Both the position numbers and the translations under genes were made by a program. This document shows positions 1 to 8,109 of a DNA stretch of 64,000 bases, piece after piece. The notes under the pieces are model-generated. The model was not told the DNA's origin and ran no database searches. It saw nothing but the letters and a program-made list of their open reading frames with translations. The number at the start of each line of letters is the position of its first letter. The stretch's first letter is position 1. Origin of the DNA: a virus; IMG/VR virus record IMGVR_UViG_3300011113_000492, positions 59,082-123,081 of that record; one strand, 5' to 3'.

Positions 1-1914
1 AATGAACTACAGCCCTTTTTCAATGACGCTAGAGATTGGCACAGAGCAGAAAATGACGGTGCCTGGGACGAAAGCGACTGGTTGGACGAGGCAGATCTTG
101 ACCGTATGAGTGCCATTGAAAACGCCTACCAGATCACTTGGCCGCACTGGACCTATAGTAGCGGCGAAGACAACGTAGATGTAGATCAAGTTGCCGATGA
201 ATTTGGAACAGCCATGCAACGTCCAGTAAATGCCAGTAGATCATATCACGGTGCTCGTCGTGAAGCTGGCCATTATGTAGTAGAGCCCGACGGCAGTTTA
301 GACCCAGACGGAGATGATGACATGGGTTTGGAATTTGTAAGTCCACCCTTGCCTCTAGAAGAAATGTTCAGTGACTTAGACAAAGTTAAAACATGGGCAG
401 ATAGAACAGGATGTTATACAAATGAAAGTACGGGTTTGCACATCAATGTCAGCGTACCTGGATTCAACATTGATAATTTAGACTACATAAAATTGGCATT
501 ATTAATGGGTGACAAATATGTGCTGGAACAATTTGACAGATTGGGTAATACCTATGCCAAAAGTGCCATGGACAAAATTATCGACCGTGTCAGACAAAGA
601 CCTGAAGATGCTGAAATGCTGCTGGTTAAGATGAAAGAAGGATTAGGCAAGCTAGCAACTAAAGTAATTCACAGCGGTATAACTGACAAATATACCAGTA
701 TCAATACAAAAACGGGTTATGTGGAATTTCGGAGTCCGGGCGGTGATTGGTTAGGCGATAAATTTTTTAATCAAATAAAACCAACACTACTAAGATTTGT
801 AGTTGCATTAGACGCTGCCATGGATCCAGAAAAATATAGAGACGAGTATCTTAAAAAACTTTATAAACTACTGCAACCTAAAAGCAAAGAAGATACACTA
901 AGTTACTTTGCCAAGTACGCCGCAGGAGAAATGCCTAAGGCAGCATTAAAGAGTTTCATTAAACAAGCACAATTAGAACGTAAAATTTCCAAAGACCCCA
1001 CTGGTGGAGAGAAGTATTGGTGGCGTGTGGGGCGTCCAGGTTACGGTGGATCTGTTGAGGTAGTAGCCACTAGTCGAGCAGAAGCTATTGCAGCAGGAAA
1101 GAAAGAAATTCCTGAATGGGATTATGCCAAGGACATGACTGCTACTCCGATTCGTCCGTACAGCGACAGTCCGATAATCGGCAGAATACGTGAACCCGAG
1201 CCGGTTGGCGCAATGCGTCCAACCAATCCTGATGGCAACTATGTAATTTTTGCCAATAACAGCAGAGCCGGCGATCCTCCTGCTTACCGCTTTATGGCCG
1301 CAGACGGGGACGATGCAGAAACAGTGTTGAATCAATGGAGACGTGCAAATCCTGGTGATTGGGAAGTACATTATGATGCCAACCAAAGACTAGGACAGCC
1401 TCCTGTGCCGGGCAGTACCCTGGACCGTCAACGTCAGCGAGCTGCACAATCGGGCGGCAGCTTTGAATTTGAATTGAGTCAAACTGATATAGAAAATCGC
1501 CTGGGTTGGCCTGATCAAACTGCTGATGCCAACTATGAAGTTGTAAATAGAAATACCTTGCAGCCAGTGTATTTGTTCATTGCCAATACCGACCAGGATG
1601 CTGCAAGAAAATACAGTCAAATCATAGATGCCATGGGCATGCCTGGCGCAGCCGAAAACTATGGCTACAGAGCCAGGGGCAGTGTAATGCCACCCGTGGA
1701 TCGCCAAGGAGCTCAATCAAGTGACCGGCGTCCTGCCACCGGTGGTAACTTCACTGGTGTTTGGCTGATTTTAGATCCCGATGGCAATGTCATACATAGT
1801 TTTGCTGGGGTAGGCAACGTGCAGAGTGATGCCAACCGTGTGGCCATTCAATGGCTGCGAGCACACCCTGGCGCCATGCAGGCTGGTGTCACAGTGGTAC
1901 CAGAGATGAGATAA
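1..1914 (+). CDS. Putative amidoligase (COOH-NH2 ligase-type) with C-terminal repeated modules; 5'-truncated by window edge
   Basis: Frame is open from base 1. Motifs VEPDGSL, GLEFVSPP, TNESTGLHINVS, KYTSIN and YVEFRSPGG match the phage amidoligase family. Confidence 0.7.
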   Translation, partial: NELQPFFNDARDWHRAENDGAWDESDWLDEADLDRMSAIENAYQITWPHWTYSSGEDNVDVDQVADEFGTAMQRPVNASRSYHGARREAGHYVVEPDGSLDPDGDDDMGLEFVSPPLPLEEMFSDLDKVKTWADRTGCYTNESTGLHINVSVPGFNIDNLDYIKLALLMGDKYVLEQFDRLGNTYAKSAMDKIIDRVRQRPEDAEMLLVKMKEGLGKLATKVIHSGITDKYTSINTKTGYVEFRSPGGDWLGDKFFNQIKPTLLRFVVALDAAMDPEKYRDEYLKKLYKLLQPKSKEDTLSYFAKYAAGEMPKAALKSFIKQAQLERKISKDPTGGEKYWWRVGRPGYGGSVEVVATSRAEAIAAGKKEIPEWDYAKDMTATPIRPYSDSPIIGRIREPEPVGAMRPTNPDGNYVIFANNSRAGDPPAYRFMAADGDDAETVLNQWRRANPGDWEVHYDANQRLGQPPVPGSTLDRQRQRAAQSGGSFEFELSQTDIENRLGWPDQTADANYEVVNRNTLQPVYLFIANTDQDAARKYSQIIDAMGMPGAAENYGYRARGSVMPPVDRQGAQSSDRRPATGGNFTGVWLILDPDGNVIHSFAGVGNVQSDANRVAIQWLRAHPGAMQAGVTVVPEMR

Positions 1915-1930
1915 GTTTAAAGGATGAATT

Positions 1931-2875
1931 ATGAAAGCTAAAGAAATTATTCCAGAAGTCCGAAGAAGACCAGACATAGAAAATATTCCCTATGGTTTTG
2001 GCTCAGGGGCTCCAGTTGGTGGTGGCATTCCTGCAGGAAGAATAGAACCTACACTGGGACAAATTGGATCTCAGGCTGCACAATCTGCGGCACGAATTAA
2101 ATCAGTGAGTCCTAACCAGCCATTGCCAAGCCCAAACGTTTGGCGCAGTGGAAGAGATAATACTCCAATGAGATCTCCAGGAGATAAAGCACAAAACATA
2201 GACGATGTTGTGCTACGACAAACACATCAAGCCGCTGGACGAGGGCCTCAAGGCGGACCAATCCCAGTACCTGGTTCGACTACTGGAGAAAAGATAGCAG
2301 CCGTTGCTGGTGCAACAGGAGCAGTCGGAGGCATAGGAGCGTTGTTAACAGCACCACTGGGTACTAAACCTACAAGTGGTCAATCAACTCCGCAGGCTCC
2401 AGCAAGAGATCCAAATATGACTCAGCAGACGCAGGATAGATTGGGGATATCATTGGACAGTCGGGGACGAACAGCTTCCGGAGCCACTTCGCCACCAGCA
2501 GCCAAACCCGCTGGACCACAACAGGGCGTGGTTGGCTCAGATCTGGCCCGCCTCAGTGGTGGTGAATTTGCTAGCCGAGCCGATAGATTGAATCAGGCCA
2601 GAGTTGATGCTATATTAGGTTCTGGGTACAAAGCTGGCAGTGCTGCTGCCAACACAGCATTGAGAGATTATTACAAAGCCAACCCACCCATGTCAGACGC
2701 CCAAAGACAAGAGTTAGGACAGGAAATTTTCAATCGGAGCATGGAACGTCTTCGTCAGCAGGCTGCTGACGCCAATGTCACAGTACGACCAGCTGGCAGT
2801 GACAATTCCACCGAGCCTGTGCCCGAAGATAAAAATGCATTGACGAGATTGATGAAATTGTCGGGTCAACGTTGA
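1931..2875 (+). CDS. P/A/G/Q-rich low-complexity protein, probable head/internal virion protein
   Basis: Composition; N-terminus MKAKEIIPE resembles a capsid-targeting leader; C-terminus RLMKLSG. Confidence 0.5.
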   Translation: MKAKEIIPEVRRRPDIENIPYGFGSGAPVGGGIPAGRIEPTLGQIGSQAAQSAARIKSVSPNQPLPSPNVWRSGRDNTPMRSPGDKAQNIDDVVLRQTHQAAGRGPQGGPIPVPGSTTGEKIAAVAGATGAVGGIGALLTAPLGTKPTSGQSTPQAPARDPNMTQQTQDRLGISLDSRGRTASGATSPPAAKPAGPQQGVVGSDLARLSGGEFASRADRLNQARVDAILGSGYKAGSAAANTALRDYYKANPPMSDAQRQELGQEIFNRSMERLRQQAADANVTVRPAGSDNSTEPVPEDKNALTRLMKLSGQR

Positions 2876-2878
2876 AAA

Positions 2879-3544
2879 ATGATTCTAGCAGATTTTTTAA
2901 TAGAAGCAGAAGCAGGTACTAAAAATTCTGCTGCAATTTTCAGGAAGTTAAAAGCAGCCGGCTATAAAAAGCTAGGATCTGGCGCAGATTCTGTGGTATG
3001 GGCCAAAGACGACGCCAGTGTTATTAAAATTCTAATGCCTGAAGACAGCAACAGTTTAGCAGAAAAAACTTTTTTAAAATTTTATGATTTTGTGCAAGCA
3101 AACAAAGACATTGCCAATTTACCTAAATTTTTAGAATCTAGTCAGACCATGAATATAAATGGCAAAGACTATACCTTTGTGGTCATGGAAAGATTACAAC
3201 ACATACCGCGTGGCAGTATCCAGGAAGCCATGGTCTGGATACTCAGCGACTATGCTGCTAAAAAAATGCAATGGAAAGATGTATTCAAAGAATTAACTCA
3301 ACCCAACACATGGAAACATTGGGAACCTCCTCCTGCCAAAGAAAAAATAATTAATATTATAAAGAACATGAATCAGCAAGATATTCTACAATATGCTGTT
3401 TTATATTCTGTAATGACCTTGCTATACCATACCGGAAGAATAAACAAACTAGGATGGGATTTGCATACAGAAAATGTAATGCAACGACAAGATGGGACTT
3501 TAGTTATAATAGATCCTTGGTTTGCTTTAAATGATGGCATTTAA
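2879..3544 (+). CDS. Protein kinase-like enzyme
   Basis: Gly-rich loop LGSGADSVVW, VIK lysine, hinge VVMERL, catalytic loop WDLHTENVM, Mg-binding IIDP. Confidence 0.8.
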   Translation: MILADFLIEAEAGTKNSAAIFRKLKAAGYKKLGSGADSVVWAKDDASVIKILMPEDSNSLAEKTFLKFYDFVQANKDIANLPKFLESSQTMNINGKDYTFVVMERLQHIPRGSIQEAMVWILSDYAAKKMQWKDVFKELTQPNTWKHWEPPPAKEKIINIIKNMNQQDILQYAVLYSVMTLLYHTGRINKLGWDLHTENVMQRQDGTLVIIDPWFALNDGI

Positions 3545-3570
3545 TATTTTAGTACTACAAAAAAATTTGA

Positions 3571-3599
3571 TTGACTGATAATCAAAATAACCGTATAAT
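3571..3599 (+). promoter_or_regulatory. sigma70-type promoter
   Basis: TTGACT-17bp-TATAAT. Confidence 0.75.
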
Positions 3600-3620
3600 A
3601 ACGACTTGTTTATTTAACCA

Positions 3621-4733
3621 TTGGGGTTTATTGTGGCAACTAAAATCAGCAAGACTAAACAAAAAGAGCAGCGTATTCGCAATTTCTTGAGTAACTATAC
3701 TGTTCCTTTTGAAATGGAAGATGCTGCCATTGATTTGCGTACTATGGCGCAGAATTACCAAAATGGTATTATTCCAAATAAAGACATTGGAGATGCCGTT
3801 AATGCAATTTTAGGACCTAGTGCAATTCCTCGTTGTAGCATTGATCCTCGACAATTGGGTGTACCACAATTTGCATGGGCGCCCATGGATGATGTAGGCA
3901 TTGACCCTCGCTTTCAGCGTGATGTGGCTCCAAATCATGTGCAAAAGATTGAAGCAGATTTTCAGGCTGACATGATTATTGTGCCCTGTGCTATTAAAGA
4001 TCCTAAAACTGGCAAATATTTGCTGTGGGACGGGCACCACACGACTCGAGTCTGCGAACGTATGGGTTGGACTCATGTGCCTGTTTGGTACACTGAAGCA
4101 GACATTGACGACGAACACAGCCTGCAGGAAGCAGAACGTATCCTTATCCTTAAAGCAGGACGCAGTTTCCTTACTATTAATAAAAAGAACAAACGGCCTG
4201 TAAGTAATTACGATGCTCATATGATCAGTGTTGAGTGCGGCGAGCCCGAAGCAGTCACAGTGCAGAGAATTGTAGACGCTAACACTTGTCAAGTTAAACG
4301 TGCTAGTACAAAAGCCGGTGACATCAGTCACATTGAACACCTTTATGGTGCTTATGACCTTGTGCAGGCCAGTTCAGGCATCAAAGGCATTTACCTTGCT
4401 CGTAGTCTGAAGTTTCATCGTGACACTTGGCCTAAAGAAGAAGTGCGCGGCATTATGATGTTGGCGATGGCCCGTTTGTATCAGCAAACGGAATTGCAAA
4501 CTGGTCAGCTACTGTCCAACGAATTTGATGTTGAATTTGGAAACATCCTTAAAAAGGTCTATGGACAAAGCGAAAAAGTTCATACTCGTATCAAGGAACA
4601 ATTTGAAAATCATTTCGGCAGTCTAGGTGCTCACCCTGTTGTGGTTACCAGTGGCTTGGTGCTAACTTATTTGAAACATAATAAGAAAGGCTTTAAACTT
4701 AGTCAGCCCGAAGCTACTTATCCTGTGAAATAA
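3621..4733 (+). CDS. ParB/Srx-like N-terminal domain protein
   Basis: PRFQR...HVQKI...KYLLWDGHHT motif of ParB-like domains, followed by a helical C-terminal region. Confidence 0.65.
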   Translation: MGFIVATKISKTKQKEQRIRNFLSNYTVPFEMEDAAIDLRTMAQNYQNGIIPNKDIGDAVNAILGPSAIPRCSIDPRQLGVPQFAWAPMDDVGIDPRFQRDVAPNHVQKIEADFQADMIIVPCAIKDPKTGKYLLWDGHHTTRVCERMGWTHVPVWYTEADIDDEHSLQEAERILILKAGRSFLTINKKNKRPVSNYDAHMISVECGEPEAVTVQRIVDANTCQVKRASTKAGDISHIEHLYGAYDLVQASSGIKGIYLARSLKFHRDTWPKEEVRGIMMLAMARLYQQTELQTGQLLSNEFDVEFGNILKKVYGQSEKVHTRIKEQFENHFGSLGAHPVVVTSGLVLTYLKHNKKGFKLSQPEATYPVK

Positions 4734-4734
4734 A

Positions 4735-5151
4735 ATGCGTCCTTATGTTCTATATCTTCGCAAGTGCCCTGGGGTCAAAGACCCTAGGCACTTTAAGATC
4801 GGCATTGCGGCATTGGACAAAGTTCGTACACGTCTTGCGGCATATCAAAATGCCGTGGGTCCAGTGTACACTGAAGAATTCATGCATATTTGGCTAGGTG
4901 AAGATATTGATGTTAAAGAAGCAGAAAAAAAGATTAAATTAAATTTCAAAGATCGAATCAGCAGTGCTGAAGCAGGATTAAGTGAATGGATCTGCGACAT
5001 CAACAAACAAGAAATTCTTGATTTCATTGTCGAATTACGCACCGATTATTTTATCAAGCTTCAAGACGGGCCCGGTGAACTGCAACCTTTGACAATGAAT
5101 AATTGTGAGGACTTGCAGGATTGGTATGATGAAAATTTTATAACTGAATAG
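4735..5151 (+). CDS. GIY-YIG/T5orf172-like nuclease-domain protein
   Basis: YVLYL...FKIGIA...RTRLAAYQ...EAEKKIK pattern. Confidence 0.55.
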   Translation: MRPYVLYLRKCPGVKDPRHFKIGIAALDKVRTRLAAYQNAVGPVYTEEFMHIWLGEDIDVKEAEKKIKLNFKDRISSAEAGLSEWICDINKQEILDFIVELRTDYFIKLQDGPGELQPLTMNNCEDLQDWYDENFITE

Positions 5152-5172
5152 TCATAAAAAGTAGTACAATTT

Positions 5173-5195
5173 TAGGGCTTTTGAGCCCTATTTTT
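5173..5195 (+). terminator. Intrinsic terminator
   Basis: TAGGGCT-TTTG-AGCCCTA followed by TTTTT. Confidence 0.75.
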
Positions 5196-5268
5196 GTTGT
5201 ATTTTTACAACAAATATTTTGGTTGACCAATATTCCCAATTTTGCTATAATAATGGAATAGTAAGTAA
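5190..5268 (+). repeat. 79-bp direct repeat copy 1 (palindrome plus early promoter cassette)
   Basis: Identical to 16107-16185; contains TTGTTGTA-tttt-TACAACAA and TTGACC-17-TATAAT. Confidence 0.95.
5223..5251 (+). promoter_or_regulatory. Strong early sigma70 promoter with extended -10
   Basis: TTGACC-17bp-TATAAT preceded by TGc; same family at 5648, 6171, 6960, 16140 and 16538. Confidence 0.85.
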
Positions 5269-5281
5269 ACAGGAGCTGGAA

Positions 5282-5458
5282 ATGAACTTTGAACAAGCAC
5301 TGAATGTCGTAGAGCAATACCAGCAAGATTGGGCCTTGCCCGGACTGCTAGAAACCTTGATGCAGATGCAGGATTCTTTGGACGAACTGACCTTCAACGA
5401 GGCTCGTGCCTATCGCGTGGTTTTTCGTGCAATGGGCAAGCTCTTTGCCCCGGTTTAA
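5282..5458 (+). CDS. Small early hypothetical protein (58 aa)
   Basis: AGGAG SD then ATG 5282. The longer ORF-track start runs through the promoter. Confidence 0.7.
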   Translation: MNFEQALNVVEQYQQDWALPGLLETLMQMQDSLDELTFNEARAYRVVFRAMGKLFAPV

Positions 5459-5487
5459 TAATACCGTTTCAACTCAAAGGAATTCAA

Positions 5488-5655
5488 ATGCAATATCCTG
5501 AATATTTCACCGCAGACGATATCATGGAATTTGAGTACGAATATAACCGTATTCGCGATATCGAAGAAAACGTGGGTTTTTGGAAAATCAACGCTGAACT
5601 TCAACTTGTTGCACAAAAACAACAAGAAGAACTAGAAGAACTTTTGGTTGACTGA
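5488..5655 (+). CDS. Small acidic hypothetical protein (55 aa)
   Basis: AAAGGA SD, ATG 5488. Confidence 0.65.
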   Translation: MQYPEYFTADDIMEFEYEYNRIRDIEENVGFWKINAELQLVAQKQQEELEELLVD

Positions 5656-5676
5656 AATTCCCAAATTTGCTATAAT
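5648..5676 (+). promoter_or_regulatory. Early sigma70 promoter
   Basis: TTGACT-17-TATAAT with TGc extension. Confidence 0.8.
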
Positions 5677-5707
5677 AATGGCATACAGTAACAAGACGGA
5701 GTAAGAA

Positions 5708-5992
5708 ATGACTGCAATTTATCAAGCACTCACTGAGCAAGAAAAACGTGAAGTTCGCATGTACGGTTGCACCGAAGCACAGATGCGCGAAGCTGTCGAA
5801 GAAAGCATTACATTCCGTTTTTCAGGTCCTGCTATGATGGCCGCAAGCCTCATGAGCGACTGCCAAGAGATGGTCAGCTACGGTCCTTACGATGGCGACA
5901 CACTGGCCAACATTCTCGAAGATCAGCGCCAAACACTGAACCGCGCCAAGTGGATTTTGTTTACATACTGCATGAACAAGGAGACTGCATAA
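5708..5992 (+). CDS. Hypothetical early protein
   Basis: ORF behind a promoter, with SD. Confidence 0.65.
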   Translation: MTAIYQALTEQEKREVRMYGCTEAQMREAVEESITFRFSGPAMMAASLMSDCQEMVSYGPYDGDTLANILEDQRQTLNRAKWILFTYCMNKETA

Positions 5993-6162
5993 TGAGTAAA
6001 ATGAGCGAACTTAGCATTGACATCCAGGGTATGCTAGTAGAAGGGCACGACCCCCGGGCCATTGCACGATATCTTGAAATTCCTGTGGAATGGGTCTACG
6101 AAGAACTGTCTAGGGAATCTGAAGAAGAATCCTTTAGCCCTTTTGAAACTTGCAATAGTTAA
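5992..6162 (+). CDS. Small hypothetical protein with possible HTH (AIARYLEIPVEWV)
   Basis: AAGGAG SD, coupled start at 5992. Confidence 0.6.
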   Translation: MSKMSELSIDIQGMLVEGHDPRAIARYLEIPVEWVYEELSRESEEESFSPFETCNS

Positions 6163-6170
6163 AATTTTGG

Positions 6171-6199
6171 TTGACCAAAATTCTCAATTCTGCTATAAT
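6171..6199 (+). promoter_or_regulatory. Early sigma70 promoter
   Basis: TTGACC-17-TATAAT with TGc extension. Confidence 0.8.
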
Positions 6200-6222
6200 T
6201 TAATTTTAAACAAGGAACTGCA

Positions 6223-6396
6223 ATGATTAAATCTTTTGTTACTCATCTGGGCGGCACTGTTACTTTTACCCCTACTGGTTTGATTCACAAGGCAGGCAGC
6301 GGTGCGTATAGCGGTCGACTGGCTGAACTGAATCAGAATGCTGTGGTCACTGATCAGCCCAAGCGTGGTCGTGGTCGTCCTCGTAAAGCTAAGTAA
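6223..6396 (+). CDS. 57-aa AT-hook protein (absent from ORF track)
   Basis: MIKSFVTHLGG...QPKRGRGRPRKAK; AAGGAA SD; directly after a promoter. Confidence 0.75.
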   Translation: MIKSFVTHLGGTVTFTPTGLIHKAGSGAYSGRLAELNQNAVVTDQPKRGRGRPRKAK

Positions 6397-6408
6397 TAGG
6401 AGACTGCA

Positions 6409-6561
6409 ATGAAAGAATATCTACGGCGTGTGGATCTTGTAGTCAGTATATGGATTGATGAAGATGCGGATGTACAAGAAGTAGTGCAAGAAATGAACTA
6501 TTCTTTTGACCATCCTGCTATTCATGAACACTGTATTGAAGACATCTTAACCGAAATTTGA
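6409..6561 (+). CDS. 50-aa acidic hypothetical protein (absent from ORF track)
   Basis: AGGAG SD; MKEYLRRVDLVVSIW... Confidence 0.6.
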   Translation: MKEYLRRVDLVVSIWIDEDADVQEVVQEMNYSFDHPAIHEHCIEDILTEI

Positions 6562-6572
6562 AAGAAATATAA

Positions 6573-6932
6573 ATGAACAGTTTGAACACTTGCATGAGTT
6601 GTGCCAGACAGCACGATAGTTGGCGTGCATATTGCACCAACTGTATGCAGACTCAGGCTATTATTAAACAAATGGAAGAAGCTGAGCGGCGTCGAAATTT
6701 TAATTCGCCAGCCAATTCGCCTTTGCCGCCACCTAATTATTCGGGTTACAGTGGCGGGTCCTATGAACCAAGTCGATTTTCTTGGCTGTGGACCAGCGGA
6801 ATCGGTGCATTTGGGTTTTTCTGTTGGATATTGTATATGTTTTGGACTTTGTTGTTCAATGGCGCCAATTTTACGGGCATGGACCTTGTTGCCGGATTGG
6901 TATTCTTGTCTTGGTATGGCAACGAATACTAA
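6573..6932 (+). CDS. Hypothetical membrane protein with N-terminal CxxC...CxxC and two TM segments
   Basis: CMSC/CTNC pair and hydrophobic C-terminus. Confidence 0.55.
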   Translation: MNSLNTCMSCARQHDSWRAYCTNCMQTQAIIKQMEEAERRRNFNSPANSPLPPPNYSGYSGGSYEPSRFSWLWTSGIGAFGFFCWILYMFWTLLFNGANFTGMDLVAGLVFLSWYGNEY

Positions 6933-6959
6933 TTTGGTAAACCAGAATTCATAATATGG

Positions 6960-6988
6960 TTGACATCAATTTCGTTTTCAACTATAAT
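6960..6988 (+). promoter_or_regulatory. sigma70 promoter
   Basis: TTGACA-17-TATAAT. Confidence 0.8.
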
Positions 6989-7054
6989 TTGAATATGTTA
7001 GCAAATGGATGTTAACATTTTTTTCAACTAACTTGTTTTTTCTAGGAGTATTTT

Positions 7055-7390
7055 ATGTTTAAAGTTGCTGGTGTTTCCGTTCTCAAGGGTGAAGTCAAAG
7101 TTCGTTTTGCCAACGACATGACTCGTGTTAAGGTGTTGGCTAAAAATGGCCACACTGATATTGAACTGCTTGAGCTGCCCGAGGCCATGGACAAGCCTGC
7201 TGTGGTCACTTATCTCAAGTCCACTGCACTGTATCAAGACAGTCGCTTTACGGCTGCAATTGATGCTGCTGATTCTAAGTACAACAGTTCTGCAACTGTT
7301 AAAATCAGCAAGCCCAAGGCAGAAAAGCCCAGAATTGACGCTATCAAGGCTCGTGCTAAAACAGCTAAGACTGAGCCCGTGGCAGAGTGA
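7055..7390 (+). CDS. Basic hypothetical protein with K/A-rich tail
   Basis: AGGAG SD; terminator follows. Confidence 0.65.
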   Translation: MFKVAGVSVLKGEVKVRFANDMTRVKVLAKNGHTDIELLELPEAMDKPAVVTYLKSTALYQDSRFTAAIDAADSKYNSSATVKISKPKAEKPRIDAIKARAKTAKTEPVAE

Positions 7391-7410
7391 TCGGCACAAG
7401 TGTGCAGGAC

Positions 7411-7430
7411 AAGGCCCGTATGGGCCTTTT
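7411..7430 (+). terminator. Intrinsic terminator
   Basis: AAGGCCC-GTAT-GGGCCTT followed by TT. Confidence 0.65.
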
Positions 7431-7451
7431 CCATTGAATAAATATGATAAA

Positions 7452-7595
7452 ATGGTAATACTTAATTTAATTTTTTTGTTGGCACTAATTGGTATCATTG
7501 GATTTTGGATTCATTCGGTGGCCACCTACGATTGGTCAAAATTTGATGAAGACAGCAAAGATGATGATTTCTTAAAGCCATATGATGACAAATAA
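7452..7595 (+). CDS. Small single-TM membrane protein (47 aa)
   Basis: ATAAATA late promoter just upstream; hydrophobic N-terminus, acidic tail. Confidence 0.55.
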   Translation: MVILNLIFLLALIGIIGFWIHSVATYDWSKFDEDSKDDDFLKPYDDK

Positions 7596-7605
7596 GGAAT
7601 AAATT

Positions 7606-7998
7606 ATGAAACAAATTCTTGTAGGATTATTATTTGCATCAAGTGCTGCCATGGCCCAAGATGTTTATGTAGTGTCTGTGCAACCAAGATTTACTACAGT
7701 CTATCAACAACAGTGTCAGATAGTCGGTGTACGCGAAGACAACAGCGGTGTGGGTACCGTCATCGGTTTAATTGCGGGCGGTATTATCGGCAATCAAGTC
7801 GGCGGTGGCAGTGGTCGAGATATTGCCACAGTGATCGGTGCTGGAGTAGGAGCCAGTGTAGGTAACAGGATCGGACAGGATCAAGTTTCTAATGGTCAGC
7901 GGCAAGTGTGCCAAAATGTGCCGGTGACTGTGCAGAATGGTGAAACCGTGACATTTAACTATCGAGGTAGGGTGTTCACGCAAGTATTCACTCATTGA
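7606..7998 (+). CDS. Glycine-zipper (YcfJ-like) exported protein
   Basis: Signal peptide; GTVIGLIAGGIIGNQVGGGSGRDIATVIGAGVGASVG. Confidence 0.8.
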   Translation: MKQILVGLLFASSAAMAQDVYVVSVQPRFTTVYQQQCQIVGVREDNSGVGTVIGLIAGGIIGNQVGGGSGRDIATVIGAGVGASVGNRIGQDQVSNGQRQVCQNVPVTVQNGETVTFNYRGRVFTQVFTH

Positions 7999-8109
7999 TA
8001 AATATTTGACACACAGATAATGGCTAGGTGAAACATCTCAAAGAAGTCAACATGGGATATTTCTAAAGGTTTTAGTAGTGGCAGACTTAAATCAAGTATG
8101 TTGCAAAAA

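Noticed and set aside
5219-5281. Shared N-terminus MVDQYSQFCYNNGIVS of ORFs 5219 and 16136 (and mirrored minus-strand ORFs) as a signal peptide family
   Set aside because: It is a translation through the repeated promoter cassette; the real starts are ATG 5282 and 16199 after the SD.
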